Shown piece by piece: positions 8,058 to 16,456 of a stretch of DNA of 64,000 bases (positions are counted from its first letter, which is position 1; the number at the start of each line of letters is the position of its first letter). The DNA is taken from the IMG/VR virus record IMGVR_UViG_3300027851_000011; one strand, 5' to 3'. The translations under genes were made by a program, and so were the position numbers. The notes beneath the pieces are model-generated. The model made no database searches, was not told the origin of the DNA, and worked only from the letters and a program-made list of their open reading frames with translations. This DNA is from a virus (taxonomy: Duplodnaviria > Heunggongvirae > Uroviricota > Caudoviricetes).

Positions 8058-8651
8058 ATGTTCATCTCGAAGACCAGATTCTGGTCGGGCTACAACCGCG
8101 ACAGCGAACAGGTCGCTCGCGGCTTCTTCATGTACTGGCTCTCGATCTACAAGGATAGCTGGCTCTTCAACGAGAAGCCGGCCGATTATGTCGACATGGC
8201 CAGCACTGAACCGTTCTACACCCAGATTTACGCCACTGTACGGTATGTCCCGCTGCACCAACTCGGTCACTGGATGATGGGCCATGCTCGCGTCGGAGGT
8301 ATCAAGCTCTCTGCCAGCGGTTCGCTCGGCGGTGACGGCTTGCCACACACCACCGCTGAGATTGACCTCATCAAGCAACTCGGGTCGTTCACCAACCTTC
8401 GCACGTGGTTGGACAAACACTTCGAGGTCGTTCCTGAACCCGTGCATCTCGCATGGGCTAAGAGCGACGGACACAACACGTGCAACTCAACCGTCGTGCG
8501 CGACTATGGGGCTGACCTGTTCAAGCGCATGTACGAGAAGAAACGGGCTGGCAGCTGCTTCGGAGCTGCCCGCTACTGCATCAAGGACAAACCATGGGAT
8601 CTGCCGTTGCCGGCGCCTACTCCCGCATCGACTGTCTCTTCAGTTACCTGA
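8058..8651 (+). CDS. Hypothetical protein
   Basis: 197 aa ORF with RBS AAGGAAAC upstream. Confidence 0.45.
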   Translation: MFISKTRFWSGYNRDSEQVARGFFMYWLSIYKDSWLFNEKPADYVDMASTEPFYTQIYATVRYVPLHQLGHWMMGHARVGGIKLSASGSLGGDGLPHTTAEIDLIKQLGSFTNLRTWLDKHFEVVPEPVHLAWAKSDGHNTCNSTVVRDYGADLFKRMYEKKRAGSCFGAARYCIKDKPWDLPLPAPTPASTVSSVT

Positions 8652-8821
8652 AGAACGGTCGTGAGGTGTTCCACTTCGACTCACCTAAGGAGGCATACGA
8701 CTACGCCAACAAGCTGCGCGAACGCCTCTCAGTGGACGACAAGATCCGCTGCATGGTCTCAGCTGAAGGGCATCGTGTGATCCTCGCACATCGCGCATCG
8801 CAGAAAGACAAGAATGCCTGA
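8594..8821 (+). CDS. Hypothetical small protein
   Basis: 75 aa ORF overlapping the upstream gene end. Start is uncertain. Confidence 0.3.
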   Translation: MGSAVAGAYSRIDCLFSYLKNGREVFHFDSPKEAYDYANKLRERLSVDDKIRCMVSAEGHRVILAHRASQKDKNA

Positions 8822-9638
8822 AACAACCGAACCCGAGCTGCTCGACGACAAAAACGTCGACATCACGGAAAAGGACATCAAGGAAGCGCTCAAGGAACCG
8901 AGTAACTTCGCCTACTTCAAGTCGCGTGGCGAAGAGAAGATGTTCGACACCTGGGCACTCGGCCCGGTGATCCGCACACGGGATTCCGAATGCATCCAGC
9001 AGTCGAACGCCCGTGTGCTCATCAAGAAGCTGGAAAGCGACCCGACGCTCAAGGACGACTGGAGGATCACTGGATGCAGCCACTGGGCGTGCGGCTGGGT
9101 CGACCACCTGTCATTCCGTGCCGTCGAGGATGTCGATCCTGAGATCGTGAAGCAGATCGAGGTGCTCGACCGCCTCATCGAGACGCTCGAAAGCACCAGC
9201 AGCTCAGACGACCGGGCGATGGAGACCATCGTCCTCGAATCCCAGAGCACCGTCTGGAACGAGCTGCATTCGCTTGTGACACAGGTTCGCGAACGTCGCG
9301 AGGCCCTCGCTGAGACGCCACGCAAGCCGACGCGCATCTTCCGCTTCATCAAAGGCTGGTTCGACGGTCTCCGTGACTACGGGATCGCAGACGACGCAGA
9401 CTGCTCAGAACTCGCTGAAGAGCTGAGCCTCAAACACCTACCTTACATCTGCCGCAACTTACTCATCGACAATCCGCCCGAAGACTGGGCGAGTCAACTG
9501 TACACTGCACTCATCGAAGATGGCAACAACAGTACGATAGAAGAGCTTTACCCGAGCGAAGAGGAAGTACGTCCCCTCCTGAAAGAACTCGGCCTGCTCA
9601 AAGCAGATGAGGAAGAAGATGCCCCAGAGCCAGATTGA
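8814..9638 (+). CDS. Acidic hypothetical protein
   Basis: 274 aa, very acidic, overlaps the upstream stop. Confidence 0.45.
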   Translation: MPETTEPELLDDKNVDITEKDIKEALKEPSNFAYFKSRGEEKMFDTWALGPVIRTRDSECIQQSNARVLIKKLESDPTLKDDWRITGCSHWACGWVDHLSFRAVEDVDPEIVKQIEVLDRLIETLESTSSSDDRAMETIVLESQSTVWNELHSLVTQVRERREALAETPRKPTRIFRFIKGWFDGLRDYGIADDADCSELAEELSLKHLPYICRNLLIDNPPEDWASQLYTALIEDGNNSTIEELYPSEEEVRPLLKELGLLKADEEEDAPEPD

Positions 9639-10563
9639 AAACGACCACGATCACATCCGTAATCTCGCCCATACGCCGGCGATGCGCGAGATCGTTGACG
9701 ACTTCTTCAAAGTACTGAAGGAGCACAACAAGTTCAACTTCCGCGCCCTTATCAAGGTGTGCGAGATGGACATCACGGCAGTCGACATCAGCGACATGTC
9801 CTACGGCGAGGACTACGAGCTTGGCGCCTACTACAAGCCCGACGACGGTCCTGAGATCCGCGCTGATCGCATGGAAGATGCCATCGAAGCTGCCAAGGAG
9901 AAGCTCGACGAGGCTGACGACGCCGTCGGCGAGCAGGAAGACATCATCACCGAGATCGAAGACCACCCGACCATGCCCGAAGCTGAGAAGGCCATCGAGC
10001 TGGAGGCAGCCAAGGCCAAGCTCGCTGAGCTGGAGAAGGCACAGCGGGAGGCCGACGACTACCACGACGAGCTGAAGCGCTGCTATCGTCGTGGCCCCGA
10101 GACCAACGAGTGCATGTGGAACACGGTCTGGATCTACCGGCGCTTCGATGAGGATGCAGCCGAAGAGGCTGGCCTCGGCACCGGCCGCTTCCTCGACGGT
10201 GGCAAGTACGAGAGCGACGATAACTTCGTCCACCTGTTCGGCTGTGGCATGAACCTCTCGCCACACATCGCGGCCTATGAGGCGCTCGTCTACGGTGGCG
10301 TGCACCCTGATCGCGTAGAGCAGTTCAAGGACATCGGCTACTGCTCCAGCACCATGGGCGGCGACGCGCTCTTCGCCAAGGTCACCAAGATCCTCGGCAT
10401 CGACGGCTGCCTGAAGCAGATCGAGCAGGAGCAGAAGGAGCGCATGGCGGCCTTCGACGCTGCCTGCGCCAAGGCCCGGCAGATCCGCAAGGATCTCGGC
10501 GACGCCGATCCAGTGCTCGGCCAAATCGCGGCCATGGCCTGCCTGTCGCAACACCTGAAGTAA
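9607..10563 (+). CDS. Hypothetical protein (acidic, coiled-coil segment)
   Basis: 318 aa with diverse composition. The antisense 322-aa ORF is poly-Leu low complexity and is taken as a shadow. Confidence 0.45.
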   Translation: MRKKMPQSQIENDHDHIRNLAHTPAMREIVDDFFKVLKEHNKFNFRALIKVCEMDITAVDISDMSYGEDYELGAYYKPDDGPEIRADRMEDAIEAAKEKLDEADDAVGEQEDIITEIEDHPTMPEAEKAIELEAAKAKLAELEKAQREADDYHDELKRCYRRGPETNECMWNTVWIYRRFDEDAAEEAGLGTGRFLDGGKYESDDNFVHLFGCGMNLSPHIAAYEALVYGGVHPDRVEQFKDIGYCSSTMGGDALFAKVTKILGIDGCLKQIEQEQKERMAAFDAACAKARQIRKDLGDADPVLGQIAAMACLSQHLK

Positions 10564-10572
10564 CAAGGGGTA

Positions 10573-10679
10573 GGCGGGACTTCCATTCGGACGTCACAAG
10601 TCAAGAATAGTCGTCCCGCCGGCCAGCCCCTCCTGTCAGCTCCAGTCCTCTCCTGCCAGCTCCTGCCCTCTCCTGTCAC
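10573..10679. promoter_or_regulatory. Intergenic repeat region: 8-bp inverted repeat plus three CTCCTGYCA(G/C)C direct repeats at about 19-20 bp spacing
   Basis: GGCGGGAC at 10573-10580 pairs with GTCCCGCC at 10613-10620. CTCCTGTCAGCTCC at 10630, CTCCTGCCAGCTCC at 10649, CTCCTGTCACC at 10669, followed by TTGACT. Confidence 0.35.
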
Positions 10680-10710
10680 CTTCTTTCGTTGACTCACCCT
10701 GGAATACCCC

Positions 10711-11451
10711 ATGATACGAGCGAGTTCCTTCGTCGGGCTCTTAGCTGGCGCCACCAGCACTGAATACCCCCGAGTGCAGGCTCGGGGGTTTTCTTTCGAC
10801 TACCTGCGTGCAACTGCATGGCTGATCGCGGCCCTGGCCGTGGCAGCCACTACCTTCTTCTTCCTCGATCGCTTCGCCCGGCCCGAGCCGGCGCCGGTGA
10901 TCGTTGCAGCTGTCAAGAAGCAGGAGCCGGCCCCGCTGCCGGCAGTCGATGCAGCAGCGCTCTACGCGATGGTGCACACGCCGGTTGTCGAGGCACCGCC
11001 GGCTGCACCGGCTCCTGTTCTGAAGCCCGGCCAGGAGGTCTATGACGGCTACATCGGCCGCTGGGTCGATGTTGTCGCCACAGGCTACAGCCCGCATGAT
11101 CCCATCGACGGCAACTACCACGCCACGAAAGGTAAGTGGCGTTGGATCACCGCTGATGGTGAAACCAATGTGCTCGAAGAGCCGTACGGAATCGCAGTCC
11201 CGCACACGCGTGGCAAGCCCCGTTGGCGCTACGGCACCAAGATGATCGTCCCTGTTGAAAGCGGATACCTTAGCACGCGTACAAACCGCGTGTTCACTGT
11301 CGATGACACAGGCTCGACCATCAGTCGCAACACCCGGAATAAAGGAGTCGTTCACATCGACCTCCGATTCCGAACCACTGGTTGGGCACAGAAGTACGGA
11401 ACGCACAGCATCCGTGTCTTCATTGTCGAATCAGAAAACACCGGAGAATAA
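10711..11451 (+). CDS. Signal-anchored 3D-domain protein (MltA/YuiC-like cell-wall binding / lytic transglycosylase fold); endolysin candidate
   Basis: N-terminal TMD WLIAALAVAATTFFFL. The C-terminus IAVPHTRGKP...GTKMIVPV...TVDDTGSTI...GVVHIDLRF matches the 3D-domain pattern (IP.GTKV...DTGGAI...IDLFF). Confidence 0.55.
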   Translation: MIRASSFVGLLAGATSTEYPRVQARGFSFDYLRATAWLIAALAVAATTFFFLDRFARPEPAPVIVAAVKKQEPAPLPAVDAAALYAMVHTPVVEAPPAAPAPVLKPGQEVYDGYIGRWVDVVATGYSPHDPIDGNYHATKGKWRWITADGETNVLEEPYGIAVPHTRGKPRWRYGTKMIVPVESGYLSTRTNRVFTVDDTGSTISRNTRNKGVVHIDLRFRTTGWAQKYGTHSIRVFIVESENTGE

Positions 11452-12039
11452 ATGCTTGTAGCAGCAGATCTGATCAAACGCCAGTTCGACACTGGCGTCT
11501 GGAAGGCTTTCCGTCAAGACAAGCCAGTCGCCAGCTCGGACCTCAAGATCAATCCACACAGCATCGACGTGACGCTCGGTGACATCGTCACGGTCTTGCA
11601 GCCGAGGGGCAATGCCTTCCTCGACCCGCGTGACCCCGATAGCTTCACCGCCGTGCAGTTCAACGTCGACGGCTTGGTGGTTCACCCTGGCTCTTTCATG
11701 CTCGGCAGCGTTCGCGAGCGCTTCGACACGCGGAACTCGTTCATGTTCACCGGCTATCCGGTTTACGTGACGCAGCTCTACGACGGTCGCAGCACGGTCG
11801 GTCGCCTCGGCATCCAGTCGCACATGACGGCAGGCTATGGCGACTACGGCTTCCATGGGTATTTCACCCTGGAAATCGCCGTGCAGATGTCTGTCAAGCT
11901 CTACGCTGGCATGCGCATCGGTCAGGTGAGCTTCGTGCCACTCCTGACCTCGCTCACGCCGCCGGCTGCATATGATGGAGTGTACACCCAAGGGCAGCAG
12001 GGGCCGTCCGTCCCTGTCCTCGGGTCCAACCGCTTCTGA
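11452..12039 (+). CDS. dcd: dCTP deaminase / dUTPase-superfamily enzyme (Dcd-like)
   Basis: INPHSIDVTLGD matches Dcd INPxSxDLRLG. DGRSTVGRLGI matches the GRSSLARLGL motif. LEIAV...GMRIGQVSFVPL matches LEF.N...G.LIGALSFEPL. Confidence 0.65.
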   Translation: MLVAADLIKRQFDTGVWKAFRQDKPVASSDLKINPHSIDVTLGDIVTVLQPRGNAFLDPRDPDSFTAVQFNVDGLVVHPGSFMLGSVRERFDTRNSFMFTGYPVYVTQLYDGRSTVGRLGIQSHMTAGYGDYGFHGYFTLEIAVQMSVKLYAGMRIGQVSFVPLLTSLTPPAAYDGVYTQGQQGPSVPVLGSNRF

Positions 12040-12051
12040 AAAGGTAGCCAC

Positions 12052-12696
12052 ATGAAAGCTCTCCGTCTCGTTTCCAACCGCGTCGTGACTGCCGGTGATC
12101 CGCCCTTCGAGGGCTTCTTCACCCTAGAGATGGCTGAAGCTCTGATGCGCGATGATCCTGATCGGGCCATCGACATTATGACGAACCTGACGCCCAAGTC
12201 GGCGTCGCAGCTGATGACCATGATCCGCCTCGACAAGAAGCTGAAGGCCCGCTACGAGGAACTCGTCGCTCACTCGAATGCCAAGCGCCCGAAGCCGTCG
12301 AAGAATGCTCCGTTCAAAATCGAAGACATCCTCGACGAAGTTTTCGTCTTCTGCCCGCCCATCGCCTCGATTCTGTTCCTGACCGACGGGCGCCGACTGA
12401 TCCGTGAAGATCCTGACGACCTCGCTCAGACGATCACCGTCGCTGAGTACGAGAAGAAGTACGGTGAGACCGTGGACCTCGCGCTTGAGCGCATCCACGC
12501 GCAGAAGGTTGCGATCCTCGAACGTGCCATGTACCTGATGAAGGCACAGCCGCGCAAGATGGTCGTCAGCCTCGCCAACAGCGATGCTGTCTTCGACAAG
12601 ACTATCATCGCCTACGAACGCGACCAAGTCGGTGCGTTCGCCTCCCGCCTCAACACCACAGTCCTCGGCATCGAGGAAGAAGCACCAACCACATGA
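12052..12696 (+). CDS. Hypothetical protein
   Basis: 214 aa ORF. Confidence 0.45.
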   Translation: MKALRLVSNRVVTAGDPPFEGFFTLEMAEALMRDDPDRAIDIMTNLTPKSASQLMTMIRLDKKLKARYEELVAHSNAKRPKPSKNAPFKIEDILDEVFVFCPPIASILFLTDGRRLIREDPDDLAQTITVAEYEKKYGETVDLALERIHAQKVAILERAMYLMKAQPRKMVVSLANSDAVFDKTIIAYERDQVGAFASRLNTTVLGIEEEAPTT

Positions 12697-13760
12697 GCAA
12701 GATGAAGATCTACCACGCGGATCGCGACGTCGTCGCGAACGACCGCGCGTCCTCCGCGATGGCCGCCAACGGCCCGCAGTCTCCCTTCAATGGCGTCGCG
12801 CGTGATGCGCGCGGCACCCACACCGCTGCCGAGGTCATGGAGAAGTCCAACCTCGACTGGCGCGTCGATCAGCACGAGCTGTTCACCAAGGACGGCATCG
12901 CGATCCCCACGCACAAGGCCCTGCTGCGCAGCGACACCAACGCGCTGCTGGGCGTGGTGGGCGACGGCTACACCCCGCTCCAGAACGCCGAGGCATTCAG
13001 CTTCGCTGACAGCCTCGTCGACACCGGCCGCATGGAGTTCCTGAGCGCTGGCCAGTTCAGCGACGGCAAGCGCATCTTCATCCAGTGCAAGCTGAACGAC
13101 AAGGACGGCGGCCTGGGCGCGACCGAGATCGCTCCAGGTGATACGGTGCAGCCCTACTTCCTGCTCGCCAACGGCCACGACGGCTCCCTGGCTGTGCGCG
13201 TCATGCTGACCAGCATCCGCGTGATCTGCCAGAACACCTTCGCTGCTGCGATCAGCCGCGACGGCAAGAAGCGCGAGACCAGCAGCTCGATCAAGCACAC
13301 CAGGAATCTCCAGGAGCGCCTGGAAGCGACCCGCAGCCTGTTCACCTGGGCCGGTGAGACCTTCAACGAGTTCGTCAGCACCAGCCGCGTCCTGACCCGC
13401 AAGCAGGTCGGCAGCGAGACCATCCTGAAGAACTACTTCCGCAGCGTCTTCGATGTCGAGGGCGACGCCGATACCTTCAGCACGCAGCTGAAGAACCGTG
13501 AGGAACGCCTCATCGAGCTGTTCCAGGTCGGCTACGGCAATGCCGAGAAGAGCGTGCGCGGCAGCTACTGGGCTGCGGCCAACGCGGTCACCCAGTACCT
13601 CACCCACGAGAGCCGCACGGCAATCAAGGGCGTGGACACCAAGAAGATCGGCCAGGACGAGCGCGTCACGCTGGAGCGTGCCAAGCGCCTGGAGAGCAGC
13701 CTCTTCGGCGGCAACCAGCGCATCACCGAGCGCGCCCTTCAGCTCGCCATCGCGTCGTAA
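12693..13760 (+). CDS. DUF932-like phage/plasmid protein
   Basis: LLANGHDGSLAVRVMLTSIRVICQNT matches the N(S/G)HDGS...RxVCxN signature recalled for DUF932 (TIGR03299). The antisense 595-aa ORF is a shadow. Confidence 0.5.
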   Translation: MSKMKIYHADRDVVANDRASSAMAANGPQSPFNGVARDARGTHTAAEVMEKSNLDWRVDQHELFTKDGIAIPTHKALLRSDTNALLGVVGDGYTPLQNAEAFSFADSLVDTGRMEFLSAGQFSDGKRIFIQCKLNDKDGGLGATEIAPGDTVQPYFLLANGHDGSLAVRVMLTSIRVICQNTFAAAISRDGKKRETSSSIKHTRNLQERLEATRSLFTWAGETFNEFVSTSRVLTRKQVGSETILKNYFRSVFDVEGDADTFSTQLKNREERLIELFQVGYGNAEKSVRGSYWAAANAVTQYLTHESRTAIKGVDTKKIGQDERVTLERAKRLESSLFGGNQRITERALQLAIAS

Positions 13761-13788
13761 CCTCGACGCTGTTCGTAAACACAAGAGA

Positions 13789-13823
13789 CAGCCGGCGTCG
13801 CAAGACGCCGGCTGTTTCGTTTC
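13789..13823 (+). terminator. Rho-independent terminator
   Basis: CAGCCGGCGTC-gcaa-GACGCCGGCTG followed by TTTCGTTTCC. Confidence 0.6.
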
Positions 13824-13835
13824 CACGGAGCAACC

Positions 13836-14276
13836 ATGAACCGTCAACAGAAGTGGATCAACTATGGTGGCGTCGGCGAAGTCCCGCCGAACAGTGATCT
13901 GGTCAACCAGGGGCTTCCGCCTCTGTACGACGATGACATGCCCGAGCTGTACCTCGTCGATGCGCGCGTCAAGCACGTCAGTTCCGGTTCCTTCATGGGA
14001 CGTGACGACGGCTACGTGACCTATGAGGACACCATCTACTGCATCGAAGGCCGGGCAGCCCTGGAGACGACGCTGCGTGCCGACCACATCGAGGTGAAGC
14101 AGATCCGCCGCGTGCTCACGACGGAGCCGGTGGCTGTGAAGCCGTCCGAAGTTCGCGCAGTTCGCGAAGAGGCGATGCGCAGCTACGCCGAGAAGTGCAA
14201 GGCCGAGCACCTCCGAGAACTGGAAGCGAAGAAGCGGCGCATCGACGCTGAGATCGCTCGGCAGAGGGCTTCGTGA
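13836..14276 (+). CDS. Hypothetical protein
   Basis: 146 aa ORF with RBS GGAG upstream. Confidence 0.45.
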   Translation: MNRQQKWINYGGVGEVPPNSDLVNQGLPPLYDDDMPELYLVDARVKHVSSGSFMGRDDGYVTYEDTIYCIEGRAALETTLRADHIEVKQIRRVLTTEPVAVKPSEVRAVREEAMRSYAEKCKAEHLRELEAKKRRIDAEIARQRAS

Positions 14277-14509
14277 GCATCCAGATCCTTCGCATCTCAG
14301 ACAGACCGGATGGTCTGATCGCCAGACGCATCTGCGACACATGCAAGCGCGTGCTCGACGAGCGGCCAGCTGGCCCAGGCGAGCACGAAGGCACGACACT
14401 GATGGTCAACAACGTCTGTGTTCCGTGCTGCAAGCGTGCATTCCCGAAATATGACCCGCCTAACTGTCCTACCATCCCGAACCCGCCAGCCAAGACAGGA
14501 CCACTGTGA
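14273..14509 (+). CDS. Small zinc-ribbon protein
   Basis: 78 aa with CDTCKR and CVPCCKR cysteine pairs. Confidence 0.4.
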   Translation: MSIQILRISDRPDGLIARRICDTCKRVLDERPAGPGEHEGTTLMVNNVCVPCCKRAFPKYDPPNCPTIPNPPAKTGPL

Positions 14510-15387
14510 GCACCGCAACTCTCGAAAAGCCTGCCATGCAGGCGCATCACTTTGACGTCGACACGTTCACCATCGAGCCGAATGACCGCCTGTGCATCGA
14601 CGCCAAGTCGTTCACAGCCAGCATGTACGAGCTGCTGCCGTGGCTGAAGAACCACAAGCCGCTGTCGAGTTCGTCGGCGTGGGGCGAGGCCATCAGCCTG
14701 GGCGACCGCAAGAAGTTCGGTCTGCGTCCGTTCCCGACGGCTGGCAAGCACTTCCGCCATCGCTTCGACTTCACGGGCTACGACGCGCAGAACACTCTCG
14801 ACGTCTACCCCGGCGGCCGTCGAGCCTGTGTCTACTTCGATGCCGAGGTGAACATCCCGGTGATCGCGGACAACGGCGACGTCGTCATGTCCTACACGCC
14901 GATGGAGATCCTCTCCATGCGTCAGGGCTGGAAGCGTGCCAGGGGGCATGTACTCGTCGGTGGCCTCGGCCTCGGCATCATCGCCCGAAAGGCACTGATG
15001 AAGAAGACCGTGAAGCACGTCACCGTCGTCGAGATCGACAAGGCCGTCATCGACCTCGTCGGCCCATCGCTGAAGGAGGACTTCGGCGATCGTGTCACCA
15101 TCCTCCACAGCGACGTCTACCGTGTCCTCACGGGGCTGACGGACACGCTGCTGGCCGATGCACTCGGAGCGATCACGCAGCGCTCTGGCTATCTGCGCCG
15201 GCAGGCAGTGAAGACGGTCCCGCCCACGCTCTGGGACCCGGCGACCAAGTACGACTCCGTGCTGCTCGACATCTGGAATGGCGTCAGCGGCAAGTACGAC
15301 GACGGCGGCATCTTCGAGCACCTCTCCGCGACGCACAAGCACGTCTGGGGTTGGGGCTACAAACTCTACAACAACTCAAGGTACTGA
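14506..15387 (+). CDS. Class I Rossmann-fold SAM-binding protein, spermidine-synthase-like (aminopropyltransferase or methyltransferase)
   Basis: VLVGGLGLGIIARKAL (GxGxG) then VTVVEID and ILHSDVY. Resembles the spermidine synthase GGGDGG...VEID layout. Confidence 0.4.
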   Translation: MSTATLEKPAMQAHHFDVDTFTIEPNDRLCIDAKSFTASMYELLPWLKNHKPLSSSSAWGEAISLGDRKKFGLRPFPTAGKHFRHRFDFTGYDAQNTLDVYPGGRRACVYFDAEVNIPVIADNGDVVMSYTPMEILSMRQGWKRARGHVLVGGLGLGIIARKALMKKTVKHVTVVEIDKAVIDLVGPSLKEDFGDRVTILHSDVYRVLTGLTDTLLADALGAITQRSGYLRRQAVKTVPPTLWDPATKYDSVLLDIWNGVSGKYDDGGIFEHLSATHKHVWGWGYKLYNNSRY

Positions 15388-15647
15388 TGACTGACCTCAG
15401 CACATTCAGTGAAGACGAACTCCAGCGCGAACTCGATCGTCGGCACAACCAGCGCATCGACGAGATCATCGAAGAGCGCATCATCGTTCAGAAGTTCGTC
15501 GCAGCCAACAAAGAAGCCTTCATTCACTTCTTCCGGGTTGGTGGATGCACCTACCCGGAGGATGCGGTGAACGCGATCGCCAACGACATCAACTACCGGC
15601 CCGAAGCCCAAGCGCTTCGCGTCGACCTTCCCGAGAAGCGGCTCTAA
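15387..15647 (+). CDS. Hypothetical small protein
   Basis: In-frame ATG at 15387 gives MTDLSTFSEDELQ...; the longer 14592 ORF upstream is Arg-rich shadow. Confidence 0.4.
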   Translation: MTDLSTFSEDELQRELDRRHNQRIDEIIEERIIVQKFVAANKEAFIHFFRVGGCTYPEDAVNAIANDINYRPEAQALRVDLPEKRL

Positions 15648-16456
15648 TGGGATACACCACCAACTTCGAGGGCAACCTCGTGCTGTCGCCAAAGCTGAGC
15701 GACGCACAGGCTGCCTTCATCAACAAGCTCGCCGACACCCGCCGCATGAAGCGTAGCTTCATGCGGCTCGTCGGCGTTCCTGATCCGATTCGTGAAGCCG
15801 TCGGGCTTCCGCCCGGTGACGAGGGCGAGTTCTTCGTCGGCGAACCCGGCGACTTCGGCCAGGGCGACCACTTCAAGTCAGTCCTCGACAACAACCGCCC
15901 ACCGGGCACGCAGCCCGGCCTCTGGTGTCAGTGGATCATCGACGATGACGGCGATCTCGTCTGGAATGGCGGCGAGAAGTTCTACAAGTACACCGAGTGG
16001 CTCGAATACCTCATCGAGAAGCTCTTCAAGCCATGGGGCATCAAGGCCAACGGCCAGTTCATCTGGCAAGGCGAAGAGACCGGCGACGTCGGCACGATCG
16101 TCGTCGAAGACAACGTCGTGACGGTGCACAAGAACGTGCAGCTCAAGGCTGACTCCGATACGACGATGACGTTCAATGCCTACGCACAGGGCGTCCCGAA
16201 GCTGCCGAACACTGCGCTCGGGTCGCTCGGCTATAGTGCGCTCGGCCTCGCCGGTAAGTCCGGTGAGATCGCGTCCCTCATCAAGAAAGCCACGCGCGAC
16301 GCCAACGGCATCCCGAAAGACGTTCTGTGCGTCGAACTCGGCAACGCATTGTTCTACCTCAATGCCGTCGCCATCAGCGCCGGCCTCACCCTCGATGAAG
16401 TCGCTGGAGCCAGTCTCAAGCGTCTCGCTCAGAAGTACGGAAATCACCATGTCTGA
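15647..16456 (+). CDS. Protein with C-terminal MazG-like nucleotide pyrophosphohydrolase domain
   Basis: GKSGEIASLIKKA...VLCVELGNALFYLNAVAISAGLTLDEV...LKRLAQKYG resembles the MazG EExxE/helix core. Confidence 0.5.
   Translation: MGYTTNFEGNLVLSPKLSDAQAAFINKLADTRRMKRSFMRLVGVPDPIREAVGLPPGDEGEFFVGEPGDFGQGDHFKSVLDNNRPPGTQPGLWCQWIIDDDGDLVWNGGEKFYKYTEWLEYLIEKLFKPWGIKANGQFIWQGEETGDVGTIVVEDNVVTVHKNVQLKADSDTTMTFNAYAQGVPKLPNTALGSLGYSALGLAGKSGEIASLIKKATRDANGIPKDVLCVELGNALFYLNAVAISAGLTLDEVAGASLKRLAQKYGNHHV

Noticed and set aside
7021-8277. 418-aa + strand ORF overlapping the lysis module
   Set aside because: Arg/Leu-rich low-complexity sequence. The minus-strand products have a signal peptide, TMDs and a lipobox, which favours the minus strand here.
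12612-14399. 595-aa minus-strand ORF
   Set aside because: Antisense to the DUF932-like and neighbouring + genes. Its composition is dominated by Ala/Leu/Gly/Arg with no motifs, so it is treated as a GC-driven shadow. The same reasoning applies to the minus ORFs 14116-15342, 18405-19979, 20428-21198, 26062-27210, 33491-34636, 40220-41359 and 49138-50217.
14592-15647. 351-aa Arg-rich + ORF
   Set aside because: Out-of-frame overlap of the Rossmann-fold gene. The translation is Arg/His/Pro-rich junk until the in-frame ATG at 15387, after which a plausible 86-aa protein starts.
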